Assembly: GCF_001457615.1 (NCBI RefSeq)
Contig: NZ_LN831024.1
Span: 1,860,001 to 1,892,000, forward strand
Origin: Pseudomonas aeruginosa
GTDB lineage: Bacteria > Pseudomonadota > Gammaproteobacteria > Pseudomonadales > Pseudomonadaceae
Direction: 5' to 3'
DNA: 32,000 bases
Shown piece by piece: positions 9,918 to 21,115 of this stretch; the stretch's first letter is position 1; the number at the start of each line of letters is the position of its first letter. The position numbers were made by a program, and so were the translations under genes. Below the pieces are notes generated by a model. It saw only the letters and a program-made list of their open reading frames with translations, made no database searches and was not told the origin of the DNA.

Positions 9918-9931
9918 ACGACTAAAGTCGT
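9918..9931. promoter_or_regulatory. Palindromic operator candidate upstream of yjcH-actP
   Basis: ACGACT-AA-AGTCGT, about 76 bp upstream of the yjcH start; candidate response-regulator (CrbR/ErdR-type) site by inference. Confidence 0.5.
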
Positions 9932-10006
9932 CTGGAGCGCTTGCACCAGCGTCCTACAGTGGATATCGACGACATTCCGCGTCACCCCGCTGTGAGGATA
10001 AAAACA

Positions 10007-10318
10007 ATGAACGACAGCATCTACCAGCGGATTGATACCAATCCGCGCTTCAAGGAGTTGGTGGCCAAGCGAGAGCGTTTCGCCTGGATACTTTCTTCGA
10101 TCATGCTTGGCCTCTACGTGATATTCATCCTGCTGATCGCTTTCCAGCCGCAGCTGCTGGGCGCGCGTATCAGTCCCGATTCGTCCGTGACCTGGGGCAT
10201 CCCGATGGGTGTCGGACTGATCCTTGCCGCGTTCATCCTGACCGGCCTGTACGTGCGTCGCGCCAACGGCGAGTTCGACAGCCTGAACCAGGAAATCCTC
10301 AAGGAGGCGCAGCAATGA
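10007..10318 (+). CDS. yjcH: DUF485 family inner-membrane protein YjcH
   Basis: 103 aa from [34 protein letters not shown]; overlaps the actP start by 4 nt. Confidence 0.93.
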   Translation: MNDSIYQRIDTNPRFKELVAKRERFAWILSSIMLGLYVIFILLIAFQPQLLGARISPDSSVTWGIPMGVGLILAAFILTGLYVRRANGEFDSLNQEILKEAQQ

Positions 10319-11970
10319 TCGCTCGTCTCCTTGCCGCGCTCGGCCTTGCGGCCTTCGCTCCGGCCCTCTGGGCCGACGCGCTGACCGGCGACGTGCAGCG
10401 CCAGCCGCTGAACGTCTCGGCCATCGTCATGTTCGTCGCCTTCGTCGGCGCGACCCTCTGCATCACCTACTGGGCATCCAAGCGCAACCGCTCGGCGGCC
10501 GACTACTATGCCGCAGGCGGCCGCATCACCGGCTTCCAGAATGGCCTGGCGATCGCCGGCGACTACATGTCGGCGGCATCCTTCCTGGGTATTTCGGCGC
10601 TGGTCTTCACTTCCGGCTACGACGGCCTGATCTACTCGATCGGCTTCCTGGTCGGCTGGCCGATCATCCTCTTCCTCATCGCCGAGCGCCTGCGCAACCT
10701 GGGCAAGTACACCTTCGCCGACGTCGCCTCCTACCGCCTCAAGCAGAAGCAGATCCGCACCCTGTCGGCCTGCGGCTCGCTGGTGGTGGTGGCGTTCTAC
10801 CTGATCGCGCAGATGGTCGGCGCCGGCAAGCTGATCGAGCTGCTGTTCGGCCTCAACTACCATGTCGCGGTGGTCCTGGTGGGCATCCTGATGGTGCTCT
10901 ACGTGCTGTTCGGCGGCATGCTGGCGACCACCTGGGTGCAGATCATCAAGGCCGTGCTGTTGCTTTCCGGCGCCTCGTTCATGGCGATCATGGTGCTCAA
11001 GCACGTCAACTTCGACGTCAGCACGCTGTTCTCCGAAGCCATCAAGGTGCATCCGAAGGGCGAGGCGATCATGAGTCCGGGCGGCCTGGTCAAGGATCCG
11101 ATCTCGGCATTCTCCCTGGGCTTCGCGCTGATGTTCGGCACCGCCGGGCTGCCGCACATCCTGATGCGCTTCTTCACCGTCAGCGACGCCAAGGAAGCGC
11201 GCAAGAGCGTGTTCTACGCCACCGGTTTCATCGGCTACTTCTACATCCTGACCTTCATCATCGGTTTCGGCGCGATCCTGCTGGTCAGCACCAACCCGGA
11301 CTTCAAGGACGCCACCGGCGCGCTGATCGGCGGCAACAACATGGCGGCGGTGCACCTGGCCGACGCGGTGGGCGGCAGCCTGTTCCTCGGCTTCATCTCG
11401 GCGGTGGCCTTCGCCACCATCCTCGCGGTGGTCGCCGGGCTGACCCTGGCCGGGGCCTCGGCCGTCTCCCATGACCTGTACGCCAGCGTGTTCAAGGGCG
11501 GCAAGGCCAACGAGAAGGACGAGCTGCGGGTCTCGAAGATGACCACCGTGGCCCTGGGCGTGGTCGCCATCGTGCTCGGCATCCTCTTCGAGAAGCAGAA
11601 CATCGCCTTCATGGTCGGCCTGGCCTTCTCCATCGCCGCCAGCTGCAACTTCCCGGTGCTGCTGCTCTCCATGTACTGGAAGAAGCTGACCACCCGCGGC
11701 GCCATGATCGGCGGCTGGATGGGCCTGATCACCGCGGTGGGCCTGATGGTCCTCGGCCCGACCATCTGGGTGCAGATCCTCGGCCACGAGAAAGCCATCT
11801 ACCCGTACGAGTACCCGGCGCTGTTCTCGATGATCGTCGCCTTCGTCGGTATCTGGTTCTTCTCCATCACCGACAAGTCGGCGGCGGCCGACGAGGAGCG
11901 GGCGCGCTTCTTCCCGCAGTTCATCCGTTCCCAGACCGGCCTGGGCGCCTCTGGCGCGGTGGCCCACTAA
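10315..11970 (+). CDS. actP: Cation/acetate symporter ActP (SSS family)
   Basis: 551 aa; [36 protein letters not shown]...[12 protein letters not shown]; preceded by yjcH. Confidence 0.95.
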   Translation: MIARLLAALGLAAFAPALWADALTGDVQRQPLNVSAIVMFVAFVGATLCITYWASKRNRSAADYYAAGGRITGFQNGLAIAGDYMSAASFLGISALVFTSGYDGLIYSIGFLVGWPIILFLIAERLRNLGKYTFADVASYRLKQKQIRTLSACGSLVVVAFYLIAQMVGAGKLIELLFGLNYHVAVVLVGILMVLYVLFGGMLATTWVQIIKAVLLLSGASFMAIMVLKHVNFDVSTLFSEAIKVHPKGEAIMSPGGLVKDPISAFSLGFALMFGTAGLPHILMRFFTVSDAKEARKSVFYATGFIGYFYILTFIIGFGAILLVSTNPDFKDATGALIGGNNMAAVHLADAVGGSLFLGFISAVAFATILAVVAGLTLAGASAVSHDLYASVFKGGKANEKDELRVSKMTTVALGVVAIVLGILFEKQNIAFMVGLAFSIAASCNFPVLLLSMYWKKLTTRGAMIGGWMGLITAVGLMVLGPTIWVQILGHEKAIYPYEYPALFSMIVAFVGIWFFSITDKSAAADEERARFFPQFIRSQTGLGASGAVAH

Positions 11971-11993
11971 GCGCTACGTGAAGACGTAGCCCG

Positions 11994-12029
11994 AGGCGGC
12001 GGCCGGATTTCCGGTCCGCCGCCTTTCGT
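11994..12029 (+). terminator. Probable terminator/attenuator hairpin after actP
   Basis: AGGCGGCGGCCGG-attt-CCGGTCCGCCGCCT (one bulge) followed by ttcgttt. Confidence 0.55.
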
Positions 12030-12059
12030 TTCAGCGTCCCGGTTACAGCGAGATGAGCC

Positions 12060-13859
12060 ATGCCTGACAGTTTCAACTTCGCCTCGCCGCCCTTCGACCA
12101 GTTGCGTCCCCATCAGCGCGAGACCCTCAAGCAGGCCCTCAGCGTAGGCTACTACGCGCCGGGGGAAACCTTGCTGGAGGCCGGTTCGGCGGTCCCCGGG
12201 CTGTTCGTCCTGCTCAAGGGCGTGGTCGAGGAGCGCGGCGACGACGGGCGAGTGTTCGCCCAGTACGCCGCGGACGACCTGTTCGACGTCCGCGGGCTGT
12301 TTTCCGGCAGCAGCAAGCATCGCTACCTGGCGATCGAGGAAAGCATCGTCTACGAACTGCCGGCCAGTTGCTTCCACCAGTTGTGCGGGGAGAACCCGGG
12401 TTTCGCCCGGTTCTTCCAGGCCGACCTGGCGGCCAAGCGCCAGTTGGCCCAGCGCGACGGGCAGAACCTTGCCGAGTTCATCCTTACCCGCATCGCCCGC
12501 GAGCACTTGCTGCCGGCGCTGGAGGTGGAGGCCTCGCTGTCCCTCGGCGACGCCGCGCGCCTGCAATTGAGCCACGGCGCCGATGCCCTGCTGGTGCGGC
12601 TGGAGAGGGACGGGCCCGAGCTCGGCATCGTCACCCGCACCGACCTCATGAGCGCGCACTTCCGCGACGGGCGCAGCGAGCTGGAGGCTATCGGGCCGTT
12701 GGCCCATGGTCCGCTGGCCAGCGTCGAACTGGGCGATTTCCTGTTCGACGCGATGATCCTCATGACGCGCCAGCGTATCGAGCGGGTCGCGGTCACGGAG
12801 GACGGTCAGGTGATCGGCCTGTTGCACCTGACCCAGGTGCTCAGCCTGTTCTCCACCCATTCCCACGTCCTGGCGCTGCGCATCGCCCGCGCCGACGACC
12901 TCGGCGACCTGCGCCGCTGCGCGGAAACCCTGGACACCCTGATCGCTACCCTGGCCGGCAACGGTATCCGCCTGCGCTTCATCATGCAGCTGGTCAGCGC
13001 GCTCAACGAGCAATTGCTCGAACGGCTTTTCGAATTGTTGCTGCCGCCAACCCTGCGCGGGCGCTGCTGCTTGCTGGTGATGGGCAGCGAAGGACGCGGC
13101 GAGCAGTTGCTGAAGACCGACCAGGACAATGCCCTGGTCCTGGCCGACGATCTGCCGCAGGAACAGGCCCTGGCGATGATGCAGCGCTTCAGCGCGGCCT
13201 TGCTGGAGTTCGGTTATCCGCCCTGTCCCGGAGGGGTGATGGCCAGTCGGCCGGAATGGTGCAAGCCGCTGGCGGCCTGGCAGGCGGAGCTGCGCGGGAC
13301 GCTGCTGGAGGGCAAGCCGGAGCAGCTGTTGCGCCTGTCGATCCTGGCCGATGCCTGGCCGGTGGCCGGCAACCTGCAGCTGTTCGAGCCGTTGCGTCGG
13401 CAACTGCGCGGTTTCGCCGACGGCGGCGAGCGCTGGCTGGCGGATATCGCGGCGGCGGCCCTGCAATTCGATACGCCGCTGACCTTCCTCGGCCAGCTGA
13501 AAACCCAGGACGCCCGCCTCGATCTCAAGCGCGGCGGGATCTTCCCCATCGTCCACGGCATCCGCACCCTGGCCCTGCGCGAAGGCCTGGAGACCCGCGG
13601 GACCCTGGCACGGATCGAGGCGCTGAAGCGACACAAGGTCCTCGAAGCACGCCTGGCGGACGACCTGAGCGAGTCTTTCGAGCTGTTCCTGCAACTGCGC
13701 CTGACCCGCCAGTTGGCCGGCCAACGCGACGGTCGCCAGCAGGGCCTGGACGTCAGCGGCATGAGCCGCCACGATCGCGACATGCTGCGCTACGGCCTGC
13801 ATGTGGTGAAGAAGTTCAAGCAGAGCGTGGCCCGTCAATTCCACCTGGAGACCCGATGA
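12060..13859 (+). CDS. Cyclic nucleotide-binding/CBS/DUF294 nucleotidyltransferase-like protein
   Basis: 599 aa; N-terminal cNMP-binding-like domain (YYAPGETLLEAGSAVPGLFVLLKGVVEE), CBS pair, then LLVMGSEGRGEQLLKTDQDNALVLAD (GS...DxD nucleotidyltransferase motif). Confidence 0.88.
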   Translation: MPDSFNFASPPFDQLRPHQRETLKQALSVGYYAPGETLLEAGSAVPGLFVLLKGVVEERGDDGRVFAQYAADDLFDVRGLFSGSSKHRYLAIEESIVYELPASCFHQLCGENPGFARFFQADLAAKRQLAQRDGQNLAEFILTRIAREHLLPALEVEASLSLGDAARLQLSHGADALLVRLERDGPELGIVTRTDLMSAHFRDGRSELEAIGPLAHGPLASVELGDFLFDAMILMTRQRIERVAVTEDGQVIGLLHLTQVLSLFSTHSHVLALRIARADDLGDLRRCAETLDTLIATLAGNGIRLRFIMQLVSALNEQLLERLFELLLPPTLRGRCCLLVMGSEGRGEQLLKTDQDNALVLADDLPQEQALAMMQRFSAALLEFGYPPCPGGVMASRPEWCKPLAAWQAELRGTLLEGKPEQLLRLSILADAWPVAGNLQLFEPLRRQLRGFADGGERWLADIAAAALQFDTPLTFLGQLKTQDARLDLKRGGIFPIVHGIRTLALREGLETRGTLARIEALKRHKVLEARLADDLSESFELFLQLRLTRQLAGQRDGRQQGLDVSGMSRHDRDMLRYGLHVVKKFKQSVARQFHLETR

Positions 13860-14482
13860 ACACCATGGTCAAGTTGCCCGACAGCCGCTGGCCGGGCTGG
13901 CGCCGCCGGCTGTATTGGTGGATGCACGAGGCGGTCGAGGCGGAGGAAGTGATCTCCCTCGATCTCGAGACCACCAGCCTCGACCCGCGTCGTGCCGACA
14001 TCCTCAGCATCGGCGCGGTGCTGGTGCGGCGCGGCAAACTGGTCATGGGCGAGCGCCTGGAACTCTACGTCGAGCCGCCGCCGAGCCTGGATGCGGAGTC
14101 GATCCGCATCCACAAGCTGCGCCGCGCCGACCTGGAGGGACAGTTGCAGCTGGAGCAGGCCCTGCGCCAGGTGCTGGCGTTCATCGGCGACCGACCGCTG
14201 CTGGGCTACTATCTGTCGTTCGATGTCGCCGTGCTGAACCGGCACCTGCGCCAGCTCCTCGACCGACAGTTGCACAACCCCTCCATCGAGATTTCGTCGC
14301 TGTACCACCGGAAGGTCAGCCGGCATTTTCCCGACGCACACATCGACCTGCGCTTCGACACCCTGGCGCGGGCCCTGGATGTGCCGGTCAGCGGTCGCCA
14401 CACCGCCCTCGGCGACGCCCAGGCGGTGGCGCTGATGTTCATGCGTCTGCTCAAGGGGCCGGCGCCCAAGGTCATCCACTGA
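13856..14482 (+). CDS. DnaQ-like 3'-5' exonuclease (DEDD family)
   Basis: 208 aa from MNTMVKLPDSRWPGWRRR; VISLDLETTSLDPRRADILSIGAV (Exo I) and HTALGDAQAVALMF (Exo III); ATGA overlap with the upstream gene. Confidence 0.9.
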   Translation: MNTMVKLPDSRWPGWRRRLYWWMHEAVEAEEVISLDLETTSLDPRRADILSIGAVLVRRGKLVMGERLELYVEPPPSLDAESIRIHKLRRADLEGQLQLEQALRQVLAFIGDRPLLGYYLSFDVAVLNRHLRQLLDRQLHNPSIEISSLYHRKVSRHFPDAHIDLRFDTLARALDVPVSGRHTALGDAQAVALMFMRLLKGPAPKVIH

Positions 14483-14590
14483 GGCTGGAGGTCGCGGATT
14501 TATTGAATCTTCGTTGCTCGGCGGGGGTCGAGAACTACAAGGGCGGAATCTCCCGCCCTTTGCCCCATGAGCCGAACAGGAGCGACGCCC

Positions 14591-14749
14591 ATGAGTCTCG
14601 GTACGATTCTTCTGATCATCCTGATCCTGCTGCTGATCGGCGGCCTGCCGGTCTTTCCTCATTCGCGCAACTGGGGCTACGGGCCCTCGGGGATCATCGG
14701 CGCATTGCTGGTGGTGCTGTTGGTCCTGTTGCTGCTGGGCATGATCTAG
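14591..14749 (+). CDS. DUF3309-type small hydrophobic protein
   Basis: 52 aa: MSLGTILLIILILLLIGGLPVFPHSRNWGYGPSGIIGALLVVLLVLLLLGMI; RBS-like aggagcgacgcc upstream. Confidence 0.85.
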   Translation: MSLGTILLIILILLLIGGLPVFPHSRNWGYGPSGIIGALLVVLLVLLLLGMI

Positions 14750-14765
14750 GGCCCGATCGGGAATG

Positions 14766-14888
14766 CCGTCGCGGCGGGTATCGGCGGATAACGCCTCCGG
14801 CGTTATTCGCCCTACGCGGAGGGTTCCCAGCTTTCGCTCCGCCGTTGCGGCGGGGTATCGGCGGATAACGCCGTTGGCGTTATGCGCT
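14766..14888. repeat. Two tandem REP-like palindromic units
   Basis: Shared core CGGCGGG(G)TATCGGCGGATAACGCC; each forms a hairpin (14783-14795/14799-14811 and about 14861-14872/14876-14887), 77-78 bp apart. Confidence 0.85.
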
Positions 14889-15007
14889 CTACGTAGGATG
14901 GATCGAAGCCTTCGCTTGGAGAAGGGCGGTTTCATCGCGGGTCCGCCGGGCGCTTTTTTCCATCGACCGGCTTCACTTGCCTTGCGTCTCGCGCCAGACT
15001 GGCGCGC

Positions 15008-16132
15008 ATGCCGATCCAGACGCTTGCCACCCTTGCCGATATCGACGCCGCCGAGTGGGACGCCTTGCTGCCTCCCGCCCAGCCATTCCTGCGTCATGCT
15101 TTCCTGTCCGCGCTGGAAGACAGCCACAGCGTGACGCCCGCTACCGGCTGGCGCCCGGCTCATCGCGTGCTGCGCGATCCGCAAGGGCGGCTGTGCGCGG
15201 CGCTGCCGGCCTATGTGAAGGCGCACTCGTACGGCGAATACGTGTTCGACTGGAGCTGGGCCGACGCCTGCCAGCGGGCCGGTATCCGCTACTACCCGAA
15301 GCTGCTGGTAGGGGTGCCCTTCACCCCGGTCGCCGGTGCGCGCCTGCTGGGCGAGGACGAAGGGTTGCAGGGGCTGCTCGCGTCCCTTGGCGAGGAGGCC
15401 GAGGCGAGCGGTCTGTCGAGCATCCATGTGAATTTCACCGACGCCCGGGCGGACACCTTGCTTGCCGCGCGTGACGGTTGGCTCGAACGCCTGGGTTGCC
15501 AGTACCACTGGCACAACCGCGGCTATCGGGACTTCCAGGACTTCCTCGAGGCCCTCAGTTCGCGCAAGCGCAAGCAACTGCGCAAGGAGCGCGAACAGGT
15601 CGGCGGACAGGGCATCGAGTTCGAATGGCGGGAAGGCGGCCAGTTGTCCGAACTGGAGTGGGATTTCGTCTATCTCTGCTACGCCAACACCTACCTGGTG
15701 CGCGACCGCGATCCCTACCTGAGCCGCGAGTTCTTCGGCCTGCTGGCCGAGCGCATGCCGGAGGCGATCCGTGTGGTCTTCGCCCACCAGCGTGGCAAGC
15801 CGGTGGCGATGGCGTTCAGCCTGGTCGCTGGAGATACCCTGTACGGGCGCTACTGGGGATGCCTGGCCGAGTTCGACCGGCTGCACTTCGAGACCTGCTT
15901 CTACCAGGGCCTGGAATTCGCCATCGGCGCCGGCCTGGCGCGCTTCGACGCCGGCGCCCAGGGCGAACACAAGCTGATCCGCGGTTTCGAGCCGGTGCTG
16001 ACGCGCTCCTGGCACTACCTGGCGCATCCCGGTCTGCGCGATGCCGTGGCGCAGTTCCTCGAACAGGAGCGGGCGGGTGTGCGCGCCTACGCCGAGGAGG
16101 CCCACGGCCTGTTGCCCTACCGCCAGGCCTGA
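15008..16132 (+). CDS. GNAT-family N-acetyltransferase (DUF482/peptidogalycan biosynthesis-like)
   Basis: 374 aa; WDALLPPAQPFLRHAFLSALEDSHSV, FLEALSSRKRKQLRKEREQV, and CFYQGLEFAIGAGLARFDAGAQGEHKL are typical of this family. Confidence 0.88.
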   Translation: MPIQTLATLADIDAAEWDALLPPAQPFLRHAFLSALEDSHSVTPATGWRPAHRVLRDPQGRLCAALPAYVKAHSYGEYVFDWSWADACQRAGIRYYPKLLVGVPFTPVAGARLLGEDEGLQGLLASLGEEAEASGLSSIHVNFTDARADTLLAARDGWLERLGCQYHWHNRGYRDFQDFLEALSSRKRKQLRKEREQVGGQGIEFEWREGGQLSELEWDFVYLCYANTYLVRDRDPYLSREFFGLLAERMPEAIRVVFAHQRGKPVAMAFSLVAGDTLYGRYWGCLAEFDRLHFETCFYQGLEFAIGAGLARFDAGAQGEHKLIRGFEPVLTRSWHYLAHPGLRDAVAQFLEQERAGVRAYAEEAHGLLPYRQA

Positions 16133-16164
16133 AGGGGGCCGGAACGATAGGGCGTGGCGTCCGC

Positions 16165-16431
16165 TCAGCCGTTGCTGGTGCTGCCGCCCCATTCGAGGAA
16201 GCGGATCTTGTGCAGCTCGCCGCTATGGTCCTCGTAGACCACGGTCACCGGCACTACGCCGGTCCTGGTCGAATTGTCGGTACGGTGCAGGACATTCTTC
16301 ACGTCCAGTTGCATGCCGTAGTGGTATTCCTCGACCGGCAGGCCGCGGCCCGGGTCCTTGTCCACGTCCTGGGCGAAGGCCATGGGGGCGAGGCTGGTGA
16401 TGACGGCGGACACGACAGAGGCAAGTTTCAT
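16165..16431 (-). CDS. DUF2790 small periplasmic protein
   Basis: 88 aa from MKLASVVSAVITSLAPMAFAQDVDKDPGRGLPVEEYHYGMQLDVKNVLHRTDNS; clear signal peptide. Confidence 0.85.
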   Translation of the reverse strand: MKLASVVSAVITSLAPMAFAQDVDKDPGRGLPVEEYHYGMQLDVKNVLHRTDNSTRTGVVPVTVVYEDHSGELHKIRFLEWGGSTSNG

Positions 16432-16712
16432 TCTGTGATTCTCCGTAGCGATGGGGCGAAATCCCCGGTACCGAGCACTGGCATCCTTGGTCGTCCGTGG
16501 CCGACGCCAGGTGGACGGGGACGATGCGGCAGGCGTCGGGATCGAGCCGGGGCACGGGTTCGATAAGAACACCGTTTCGCTGGCGGAAAAAATCGAAGCG
16601 CGTGCTAGTCGAGATCGACGGCGGTGATGATTGCCGCGAAAAGGCCCGTTGCAGAGCCTTTGACAAGGTCACCCAGGCCGGGCGGCGCGAGCCGCCGCCC
16701 GGTGCCGAGGCT

Positions 16713-18545
<1,833 letters not shown>

Positions 18546-18562
18546 GATGGCTCTCTTCTGGA

Positions 18563-18582
18563 GCGGGCCCGTCCTGGGCCCG
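18563..18582 (-). other. GC-rich hairpin between ppiA and the ABC transporter gene
   Basis: GCGGGCCC-GTCCT-GGGCCCGC, perfect 8-bp stem, no U-tract. Confidence 0.5.
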
Positions 18583-18607
18583 CCGGATCAAGCCCCTGCG
18601 GCTGGAC

Positions 18608-19171
18608 TCAGAGGCGTTTGGCGGACAGGATCACCACGTCGTCGCTCGGCACGTCGGCGAAGCCGTTGCGGCGGGTGGTGGGAACCTTGGCGATCTGGTC
18701 GACCACGCCCATGCCACGCACCACCTTGCCGAACACGGCATAGCCGAAGTCGCGGGCACCATGGTTGAGGAAGTCGTTGTCGGTCAGGTTGATGAAGAAC
18801 TGGCTGGTGGCCGAATCGACCACTCCGGTACGGGCCATGGCGAGGGTGCCGCGCTCGTTGAGCAGGCCGTTGTCGGCCTCGTTCTTGATCGGTGCACGGG
18901 TCTTCTTCTCCTGCATGCCGGCGCTGAAGCCGCCGGTCTGCACCATGAAGCCCGGGATCACGCGGTGGAACAGGGTGCCGTCGTAGTAGCCGCTGTCGAC
19001 GTACTCGAGGAAGTTCTTCACGCTGATCGGCGCCTTGGCCGGATCGAGTTCTACCTCGATCTCGCCGAGGCTGGTGGCGATCAGGACGTGCGGCTTGGCG
19101 GCAGGCGTGGCGGCCAGCAGGGAACCGGCGAAGAGCAGGGTGCAGGCGGCGATCAGGAGACGTTTGAGCAT
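18608..19171 (-). CDS. ppiA: Peptidyl-prolyl cis-trans isomerase A (periplasmic cyclophilin)
   Basis: 187 aa; signal peptide, then [20 protein letters not shown]...[24 protein letters not shown]. Confidence 0.95.
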
Positions 19172-19980
19172 GGTTGTTCCTTGGTTTTATCGATATCGGC
19201 GAGGAAGCCGAGCAGGGTGGTGTTGAAAATCTCGGGTTGGTCCATCGGCGTGGCGTGGCGGGAGTCCTCCACCACCACCAGGCGGGCGTCGGCGATCCGC
19301 TCGCAATAGGCCTGCTTCAGCGATACCGGCGTGTAGTCGCGATCCGCGCTGATCACCAGGGTCGGACAGGCGATCTCGGCCAATCGTTCCTGCACGCCCC
19401 AGCCGATGATCGCGTCGAGGCTGGCCAGGTAGGCGCGCTTGTCGTTCTCCGCCCAGCGCGCCTCGATCTTCTCTCGCAGCCCGGCCTGTTCCGCCTTGGG
19501 AAACAACAGCCGGCCGAGGGCGCGGCCGATGGTCCGCAGGCTGAGCAGGCGCGAGAGGAGCTTGCGCTTGGCCACCTCCAGATGTTCGCGAGGCTTGCGC
19601 GGGATGACTTCCGGAGTGCTGTTGACGATGGTCAGGCTGCGCAGCAGGTCGGGTCGGTCGCAGGCCAACTGGAAGCCGATCATCCCGCCCATGCTGATGC
19701 CGACCAGGTGTACCGGGCCGCAGCCGAGCCGGTCGAGCAGCGCCGCGCAGTCCTCGGCGAAGCCGGCCATGCTGTAGCCGCCGCGCGGCTTGCCGGAGCG
19801 GCCGTGGCCGCGCAGGTCCGGGACCAGCAGGCGGTAGTGGCCCAGCAGGGCCGGCAACTGGTATTCCCAGTCGCGGGCGCTCGAACCGAGACCGTGCAGC
19901 AGCAGGACCGGCGCGCGCTCGGTGGGACCGGGGTGGTCGTCGTAGACGAGGGTGCAGTCGCGGTGCTGGAAGTCAGGCAT
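19153..19980 (-). CDS. Alpha/beta-fold hydrolase
   Basis: 275 aa; [58 protein letters not shown]; overlaps the 5' end of ppiA by 19 bp. Confidence 0.92.
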
Positions 19981-19986
19981 CTGCGT

Positions 19987-20916
19987 TCACTCGGCGGCCG
20001 GTTCGGGCGCCGCGAAGGGCGCGTTGAGCGGTACGTTGGCGAACGACTTGAGCATTTCCATGAGGATCTGGCTGGCCGGGCCGAGCGGCTTTTCCTTGTT
20101 GGTGTAGAGGTAGAAGCGGCTCTGCCGCACGCCGCCCTGGCTCAGCGGCAGCGGCTTGAGCTGGCCACTCTGCAGTTCGCGCTCGATGATGTGTCGCGGC
20201 AGCCAGGCGAAGCCCAGGCCGTTGCCGACGAAGGTCGCCGCGGTAGCCAGGCTGCCCACCGTCCAGCGCTGTTCGGCGCCCAGCCAGCCGTGGTCGCGCG
20301 GCTGTAGCCGGCCGCTGTCGCGGATCACCACCTGCATCTGGGTTTCCAGGTCCTGGTGGGTCAGTTCGCGTTGCAGGCGGTGCAGCGGATGGTCGGGGTG
20401 GGCCACGGCGACGAACTCGACCACGCTGAGGTCGGCGCCGAGGTGGCCGGGAATGATCAGGCCGCTGATCGCCAGGTCGGCGGCGCCCTGGATCAGCGCT
20501 TCCTCGACGCCGGAGAGCACTTCCTCGCGCAGCAGCACGCGACAGCCGCGGCTCTGCGGCATGAAGGCGGACAGCGAGCGGACGATCCGCGCGGTGGGGT
20601 AGGCGGCGTCCACCACCAGGCGCACCTCGGGTTCCCAGCCCTGTTCCATGTGGTGCGCCAGTTCCTCCAGTTGCCCGGCCTGCTTGACCAGTTGCCGCGA
20701 ACGGCGCAGCAATACTTCGCCGGCCTCGGTCAGCACCGCCTTGCGTCCGTCGATGCGCAGCAGCGGCACGCCGAGCTGTTCCTGCATGCGCGCCACGGTA
20801 TAGCTGATCGACGATTGCGAGCGGTGCAGGGCTTCCGCGGCCTGGGCGAAGCCGCCGTGGTCGACCACCGCCTGCAGGGTCCGCCATTGGTCCAGGGTTA
20901 CGCGTGGCGCTTTCAT
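19987..20916 (-). CDS. LysR-family transcriptional regulator
   Basis: 309 aa; N-terminal HTH LDQWRTLQAVVDHGGFAQAAEALHRSQSSISYTVARMQEQLGVPLLRIDGRKAVLTEAGEVLL. Confidence 0.95.
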   Translation of the reverse strand: MKAPRVTLDQWRTLQAVVDHGGFAQAAEALHRSQSSISYTVARMQEQLGVPLLRIDGRKAVLTEAGEVLLRRSRQLVKQAGQLEELAHHMEQGWEPEVRLVVDAAYPTARIVRSLSAFMPQSRGCRVLLREEVLSGVEEALIQGAADLAISGLIIPGHLGADLSVVEFVAVAHPDHPLHRLQRELTHQDLETQMQVVIRDSGRLQPRDHGWLGAEQRWTVGSLATAATFVGNGLGFAWLPRHIIERELQSGQLKPLPLSQGGVRQSRFYLYTNKEKPLGPASQILMEMLKSFANVPLNAPFAAPEPAAE

Positions 20917-21115
20917 TTCCGCCTCCTCGAATGCAGGGATGCCTCGCCGGCGTTTCCGCGGCCGGCAGGCGATGACGAGTGCGCCGGAGGGGCGACTTCG
21001 CTTATCGTGTCGTCGGCGTCCTGTACGGGGTAGCTGTCCATTCTCTTGACGTACGGGATGCCGTGGTTTTCAGGGTGTTGCCATTTTTCCATCTGTCGCT
21101 ACCGGGAGTCCGGCC

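Noticed and set aside
10114-11967. 617-aa minus-strand ORF
   Set aside because: His/Gln/Asp-rich antisense translation of actP, whose own sequence is unmistakable.
11967-13844. 625-aa minus-strand ORF
   Set aside because: Antisense of the cNMP/CBS/DUF294 gene; compositional artefact.
14539-14560. Hairpin AAGGGCGG-aatctc-CCGCCCTT after the exonuclease gene
   Set aside because: Not listed as a terminator because the following sequence (tgcccc) has no U-tract; it could be a weak processing hairpin only.
13835-16192. 785-aa minus-strand ORF
   Set aside because: It runs antisense to the 3' end of the DUF294 gene, the exonuclease, the DUF3309 gene and the GNAT gene. The translation is low-complexity, rich in Gln/Ala/Arg, with no domain motif; it is a typical shadow ORF in GC-rich DNA.
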